The notes under the pieces: model-generated
Seen by the model: only the letters and a program-made list of their open reading frames with translations
The model's database searches: none
Told to the model about the DNA's origin: nothing
In this document: one piece after another, positions 58,216-64,000 of the stretch
Numbering within the stretch: position 1 is the first letter of the stretch
How the letters are laid out: each line of letters begins with the position of its first letter
Source: the human T2T-CHM13v2.0 reference genome, Homo sapiens
Length of the DNA stretch: 64,000 nucleotides
Direction: 5' to 3' (one strand)
Assembly (NCBI RefSeq): GCF_009914755.1
Contig: NC_060932.1
Made by a program: the position numbers and the translations under genes

Positions 58216-61010
58216 TGATTTACATGTGCGACAAACAGTATTGAAGTGGAACAAAGGAAAATGCAAATTTCGTCAAAGCCAGTTTGAAGATTCTCAACAT
58301 TTTACAGACCACCTTAATAGACATAGCTATCCAAATGTGTATTTTTGTGCAATGAGTCATTTAAGCTGCCATTCCAGCTTGCCAAGCGTACAAAAAGTCA
58401 CAGGATATTTCAAGCTGTGTAGTTTTCCAGAATTCCATGAGCTTTTGGAAGATCTTCCTCTGCTATATGAACATGAAGCTCAGCACTGTTTAAAACACCA
58501 GAATCATCTGCACAACCCAGTGAGACAATTCTTCGGGATGTTCATACAGACTCCAATCCTAATCATCAGGAAAAGGATTCATCTAGTACTGAGAAACCAT
58601 TAGTCTGTCAGTTTCTCCTAGCAAATCAAGGAAAGATTCTACAGAACCAAAGACATGTATAGGAAGTATGGAAAAGAAAACAGTTTAGTTCAGAATGGAA
58701 ATGAACGTTCTGATGACACTGTTTAAAATATAAGCTTGTTAGACCAAAAGATGGCTGACATAGAGCCAAATTCTGAAAATAATTGTAGTAGTCATGATTT
58801 AGTTAATGGACACAGTGAAACAGAGCAAACACCTTTAGTTTTATCAGATCCTGCTTTGAAAATTGATATAAACAGAATCAGGACAGAAAATGGTTCCATT
58901 TTACCTAGTGTTGTACCACAAGAACACAATACCTTACCAGTATCTCAGGCACCTTCCAAACCAAATCTGACAAATGAACATACTTCGTATGGCTTAATTT
59001 TAACAAAACCAGTTACCTTCACGAACAGTATCTTAGTATGCCCAAACATGCATAATTTCTGACTGATACCTGTCCTGATCAAGATAACATGTATAGGAAA
59101 TTAGTGAAAAGATTAAGATGTGGCAAATGCCTGACCACCTACTGTAATGCAGAAGCACTTGAGGCTCATCTAGACTGATAAAAATGTTTCAGAAAGATGT
59201 GTCAATCAAGCAGTAGTGTGAAAAAAGCACTATGAAAACACATCAGTTTGCTATTTCCCTGATGGCCTTAATTTTACAGTGGTCTCGGATTACTAAAGAT
59301 AAAGACAAAACACGTTTTCTAGAATGAACTACAGAGATGTGGTGGCTTAGACTTTAAAAGGGTTATTATAAAACTCCCAAAGTACCAGTTTTCCAGAAAA
59401 CCACATTTAAAAAAGTTTAATGATTAATAGCAGCAGCATGTTCAGTTTTGCTTATATGAGAAACATGTTTAGGCAACTAGTCAGAAAACCAGCGATGGCC
59501 ATACAGAAAGGGCAAAGTTAACCCATTATTAAAAAGTGTGTGTGGGGAGGGGGGCTGGTTTACAGTAATTATCAATTTAAATTATTTTCTACAAATGGGG
59601 TTTTCTTCTCATGTGTAATCAGATTACGTCCTCTCCCTTCTAGTCGAACATGGTTTAAGGAACAGCTGCTCTTTGGTTTGTGATATGATTTAGAAACTTA
59701 TACATTAACTTACCACAATGCTATCAATTAAAGATTGTAACTGATTTCTAGATGATTAATTAGGTTGAAGTTCAATGAATGGCCTGCCAGCATTGAAAAT
59801 TAAAAAACAAAACAAAAAAACCACAGTGCTTTACTAATAAGCTCTTCATAGAACCTCCCACGAACCACTTTTGTAGTACAAATTAGTTACATTTAAAGGG
59901 CAGAAGTGTCAATAAAACAAAAAATATGATCAGTAACTCTGGGGAGAGATGAAAGGCATCTAAGACCTTTACAGGCTTTGTAGTTAGTTGAAGGAAAACA
60001 CTGAATTGCAAATTCTTCAATGTGCATAATGGTAAAAGCACACTGGGATATTTCTATTTGTATATGTTAGGACATTGCTTGATGATTCATAGCAAGGTCC
60101 TTTAGACATTAATGTGAGTTATCTAAGTACAGTCCTAAAATAATTGGTTTAAAACATCAGCTAAGAATCAGGCTGAGAATTCATGCATTTTATTCTGTTA
60201 GGAGAGGTAATTCCAAAATAAGCTATACTCCCGTTTTTTTATTCATTAGTGATGAGTCTGGTCTGAATAGTAATTTTTATATGTAAAAGGAAGTATTTAC
60301 ACAAAAATTCACACAACAAGAACACAATAAGAAGCACATTCACGCATTGTTTTCATTGGTGATAAGTTATTTTCCTAATGAAGATTTTAACTTAATAAAT
60401 ACTTTCTAAAATACCCTCTCAGATGTTTTCTACTTGTCCATTATTAAAAGGAAGATGTGTAAAGACTTCCTTTTACCAAATAGTGTGTAAATCTAAAATG
60501 GGGATAAAAAGAACAAAAAGGCAAACTGTTGCAAAATGGATCTCCTAGTGCCCCAATGTCAAATATTCCAGTTATTCTAAATAATAAAATCTTCGTTCAA
60601 GGCAGATAATCTCATCAGACCCTATTATATTAGAGCTTCTTGAATGAGGCTACTATGGAAGTGGGGAATTTCTTCCAGGTAGCATCTGTATTTTATTAAA
60701 TTAGGATTTCCAGGTCATGATAGATCAGATGATTTTTTTTTGATTTCCCAGTTTTATTAGTTTATCATCAGCATTCACTATGCAATGATGATCATAAGTC
60801 CATTCCAAATTTAAATTTGTTTTTGTTATGTGCCATACATTAGGCTATGGAATTTACATTTAGGTAACTAAATACAACTCAAAACCAAATTTGAAAATCT
60901 TTAAGTTCAGCTAAAAAAAATTCTATTTCTTGATGCTAAAATGTAATGATTTTTATTTCAGTTCATTCTAAAAGTATGGCTTGTAACAAAAAGTCTGTTT
61001 GTAAAAAAAA
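58216..61010 (+). pseudogene. ZNF654: 5'-truncated processed pseudogene of ZNF654 (C-terminal CDS plus 3'UTR)
   Basis: Peptides VRQTVLKWNKGKCKF..HLNRHSYPNVYFC, DQKMADIEPNSENNCSS..EHTSYGLILTKP and KRLRCGKCLTTYCNAEALEAHL match ZNF654; frameshifts and deletions; long AU-rich UTR ending in an A-run; degenerate TSD aaaatccatctacattagctgg (58194-58215) / aaagtctgtctacatcagttgg (61009-61030). The symbol names the parent gene. Confidence 0.9.
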
Positions 61011-61564
61011 AGTCTGTCTACATCAGTTGGCAAGCAAACCTATTAATTGAAGGTAATTCTGTAACTGACCCTAAATTGCATGGATTGCCATGATAAGAAA
61101 CAGAAAGTAATAAAACTAAATGCGTGGCTTTATAAGCTGAAAACTTTGAGACCACAGAAAAGTTAGGAGGAAATCGCCAGGGTTGGTAAAGAAGCCAGGG
61201 TATAATAAGACTGGATGAGGTTTTCATTAAAGGCTTAGTGCTGGGACCCTTAGTGTGAGGAAGATCACTGAAAGAAGTCCTCATATTGACCTCATATTCA
61301 GAATTAACTACCAGCCCAAACTTCTGACAGGCAAATGCCCAGATTAAATTCCCACTTCTTGTGGATATCCTAGATATGCTAATCCTGAAATTTCATCTTG
61401 GCTCTATCCGTGTTGTTACAACAAGCTAGTTTTATATTCTTGCATACTACAAGCACCCAAATTAATCACCCACATAGGTGTAAGCAATTCCACTCTTAGA
61501 AATCAAGAATTCCCTAGTCTTTGTATCATAAAGTTTTTAATGACACACACATTTTGTCCTTTAC

Positions 61565-62100
61565 CTTACAAATATTTCTTTGGGTTTTGTTCTGATCATT
61601 ATGCAATATACAGAATAGTTTCTCGCCATTACCTTATTAGGGTAGAACCACCTTTGCAACTTTGGACACCATTTAGTAGACGTGAAATGGAATATAGAAA
61701 GATAGAATGCTTGAACAAAACTTATCAGTGCTAGCTGCCTTAACTAAGGTCCTTCTCTCAGCTTAGTGCCCCTATGACAGCTTGCAAGACACTCTGACTT
61801 TGTTTTATTGTGCTTATGTAGTCAGATTATGAGGCTGATCATTGAGTGTCCATCAGACTATACGTTATTGATTCCTCTGTCAAGTTGCCCCAATATCCTT
61901 TGTGGCCAGAGGAAGAGAAGAACATTCAACTAATAAATCCAATTTCTCTTGTGAAAAAGACTCATAGTTCTGATAAAGAGTCATTTCAATACCTGTTTAA
62001 CCATTTAGAAAACATGTTTCTGTTTGTATAGCACCTCTGGGAACCTAATGCAGTAATATCGCCTTCTTTTCCATTTGTCCCTGATCTAGATGCTATATTT
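61565..62100 (-). pseudogene. Dynein pseudo-exon: linker (N2) region
   Basis: RNWIY*L ~ ATWLYLE; FFSSSGHKGYWGNLTEESITYSLMDTQ* ~ IFSSPDIMSQMPEEGRRFTAVDKTW; RWFY..GNGEKLFCILHNDQN ~ RFFFLSNDELLEILSETKD; candidate donor AG|GTAAAG at 61564; upper boundary uncertain. Confidence 0.7.
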
Positions 62101-63062
62101 TTTATGCATCCCGCCTGCTGTTAAGTATTTTACAATTACAGATTTACACCCTATCTTTTATTCTGTCCCATCTCACCCTGCTAGCAAATTTTTGTTTTAT
62201 TTTTTTCATATAAAGCTTCCAGGCTACTTGCATTACAAGGCCAAGTGGAATGTTTTTTATTATCTCAAATTCTCAAAGGGATGTGGATGGTATTGTGTGA
62301 TTTTAGTTATTCTGTCCTTATGCATATCAGTTAATCTTCCATTATCCTTCTTTCAGAAAAGGATTGTAAACACGATGCCTTCATTTAATTTTTAAAAATC
62401 TAGCCCAAAAGAGTCATAAAGAATCTAAAGTAAAACTACGTTTTAAAAATTCCAAGTTTGCTCCTTATGGCACAAAATAGCCTTCATCTTTCAAAGTAAA
62501 GTCACAAGCTATTCCAAGTTCAAACATGCAGATAATCCTGGGCATGGATAGCTATTGTTATTGACAGCTCCTGAGACATGCATCATTTGTTAAGCCTCTT
62601 TTGCTTGAAATAGGACTATCATTCTAGAACAAGTATCTTGATCATAAGATCTTTCCCCTGGAAGATCAGGCCACATGCTCAAAGGGTTTCTCTGAGACTG
62701 TAAGGAACTTTTCATACTAAATTACTTTTTGGACCTCCTAAAAGGTAGTGTGAGGTCACCTAAGGATAGTCTCCTCTAAACTCATAGAAGCCAGAAGATG
62801 GCACACAAGAGCAAAGAGGTGAGGTGACAGAAATAGTGAAATATAATTTGTATGCTTCCAATTTTCCAAAGTGGCTCAGTAGTATTACCAGCACAATTTG
62901 GCAAGCTCATAATGCAGGCAATCTTTCAAGGAAAAAAAAGGCAGGTCAGTTTCCACCGTGATTGGATTTTGTAGATACATGTCTTGACTTTATCCAGAAA
63001 ACATGACTACGCTTTCACTACCTACCTCATTCAGAATCTGCTGGGATGCTGGAATGACATGG

Positions 63063-64000
63063 CGTATTAGTCTGTTTTTATGCTGCTGATAAAGACATAC
63101 CTGAGGCTGGGAAGAGAAAGAGGCTTAATGGACTTACAATTCCACATGGCTGGGGAGGCCTCCTAATCATGGTGGAAGGCAAGGAGGAGCAAGTCACGTC
63201 TTACATGGATGGCAAAGAGCTTGTGTAGGGAAATTCCCATTTTTAAAACCATCAGATCTCGAGAGACTTATTCACTATCGTGAGAATAGCATGGGAAAGA
63301 CCCGCCCCCATGCTTCAATTACCTCCCACTGGGTTCCTCCCATGACACATGGGAATTGTGGGAGTTACAATTCAAAATGAGATTTGGGTGGGGACACAGC
63401 CAAACGGTATCATTTCATCCCTGGCCCCTCCCAAATCTCATGTCCTCACATTTTACAACCAATCACGCTTTTCAACACTCTCCCAAAGTCTTAACTCATT
63501 GCAGTGTCATCTGAGACAAGGCAAGTCCCTTCTACCTATGAGCCTATAAAATCAAAAGCATGTTAGTTACTTCCTAGATAAAATGGGGGTTCAGGCATTG
63601 GATAAGTACACCCCATTCCAAATAGTAGAAATTGGCCTAAACAAAGGGGCTACAGGCCCCATGCATGTCCAGAATCCAGTGGGGTAGTCAAATCTTGAAG
63701 TTCCAAAATGACCTCCTTTGACTCTGTGTCTCACATCCAAGTCATGGTGATGCAAAAGGTGGGTTCCCATGGTCTTGGGCATGGGAACTGTGGCTTTGCA
63801 GGATACAGTCTTCCTCCAGCTGCTTTCACAGGCTGGCATTGAGGGTATCTGGCTTTTCTAGGCACACAGTGCAAGCTGTTGGTGGGTCTACCATTCTGGG
63901 TCTGGAGGACAGTAACCCTCTTCTCACAGTTCTACTAGGCAGTGCCCCAGTAGGCGATCTGTGTGGGGGCTCTGACCCCACATTTCCCTTCCACTCTGCC
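63063..64000 (-). mobile_element. THE1 (THE1C-like) LTR 63063-63412 plus internal sequence running off the window
   Basis: gctgctgataaagacatacc...gagatttgggtggggacacagccaaac..tatca followed by THE1-int text. Confidence 0.93.

Larger units (their letters stand above)
57600..61384 (-). pseudogene. Dynein pseudo-exon: end of linker and start of AAA1, split by the ZNF654 retrocopy (pieces ~61031-61384 and ~57600-58215)
   Basis: SEYEVNMRTSFSDL ~ VELERVMINSIHKV; KITSEALSMPNYFHSELILAL ~ RVTLGALVVLDVHARDVLSSL; PFVF/YNLLRHF...KYS..VLGN ~ DFEWLSQLRYY...RYGYEYLGN; YVGGV*GTG....TVKTMAGWLNQ ~ [26 protein letters not shown]; acceptor TTTCAG at 61385. Confidence 0.7.

Overview
Repeat-rich catarrhine primate (human-like) genomic DNA with AluS/J, L1PA/L1P4/L1M, L2, MIR, MaLR LTRs, a MER11 solo LTR and hAT/Tigger relics. 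No intact protein-coding gene is visible. The main observation is that the non-repetitive islands between the repeats, read on the minus strand from ~62 kb down to ~2.8 kb, translate (through stops and frameshifts) into pieces that match dynein heavy chain motifs in the correct order: linker, AAA1, AAA2, AAA3, AAA4, stalk CC1/MTBD/CC2, AAA5, buttress, AAA6. Many pieces keep canonical splice sites. This looks like a long-dead, intron-containing and quite divergent dynein heavy chain gene (candidate unitary pseudogene). Several of its exons are interrupted by later insertions: a ZNF654 retrocopy, an MST LTR, a MER11 LTR and an AluS. Also present are a 5'-truncated SEPTIN8 processed pseudogene with a rearranged 5' junction, an inverted 5S rRNA/L1 chimeric insertion, and nested L1s inside a hAT transposon. 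All protein and repeat comparisons were made by eye against recalled sequences, not by computed alignment, so subfamily names and unanchored boundaries are approximate.
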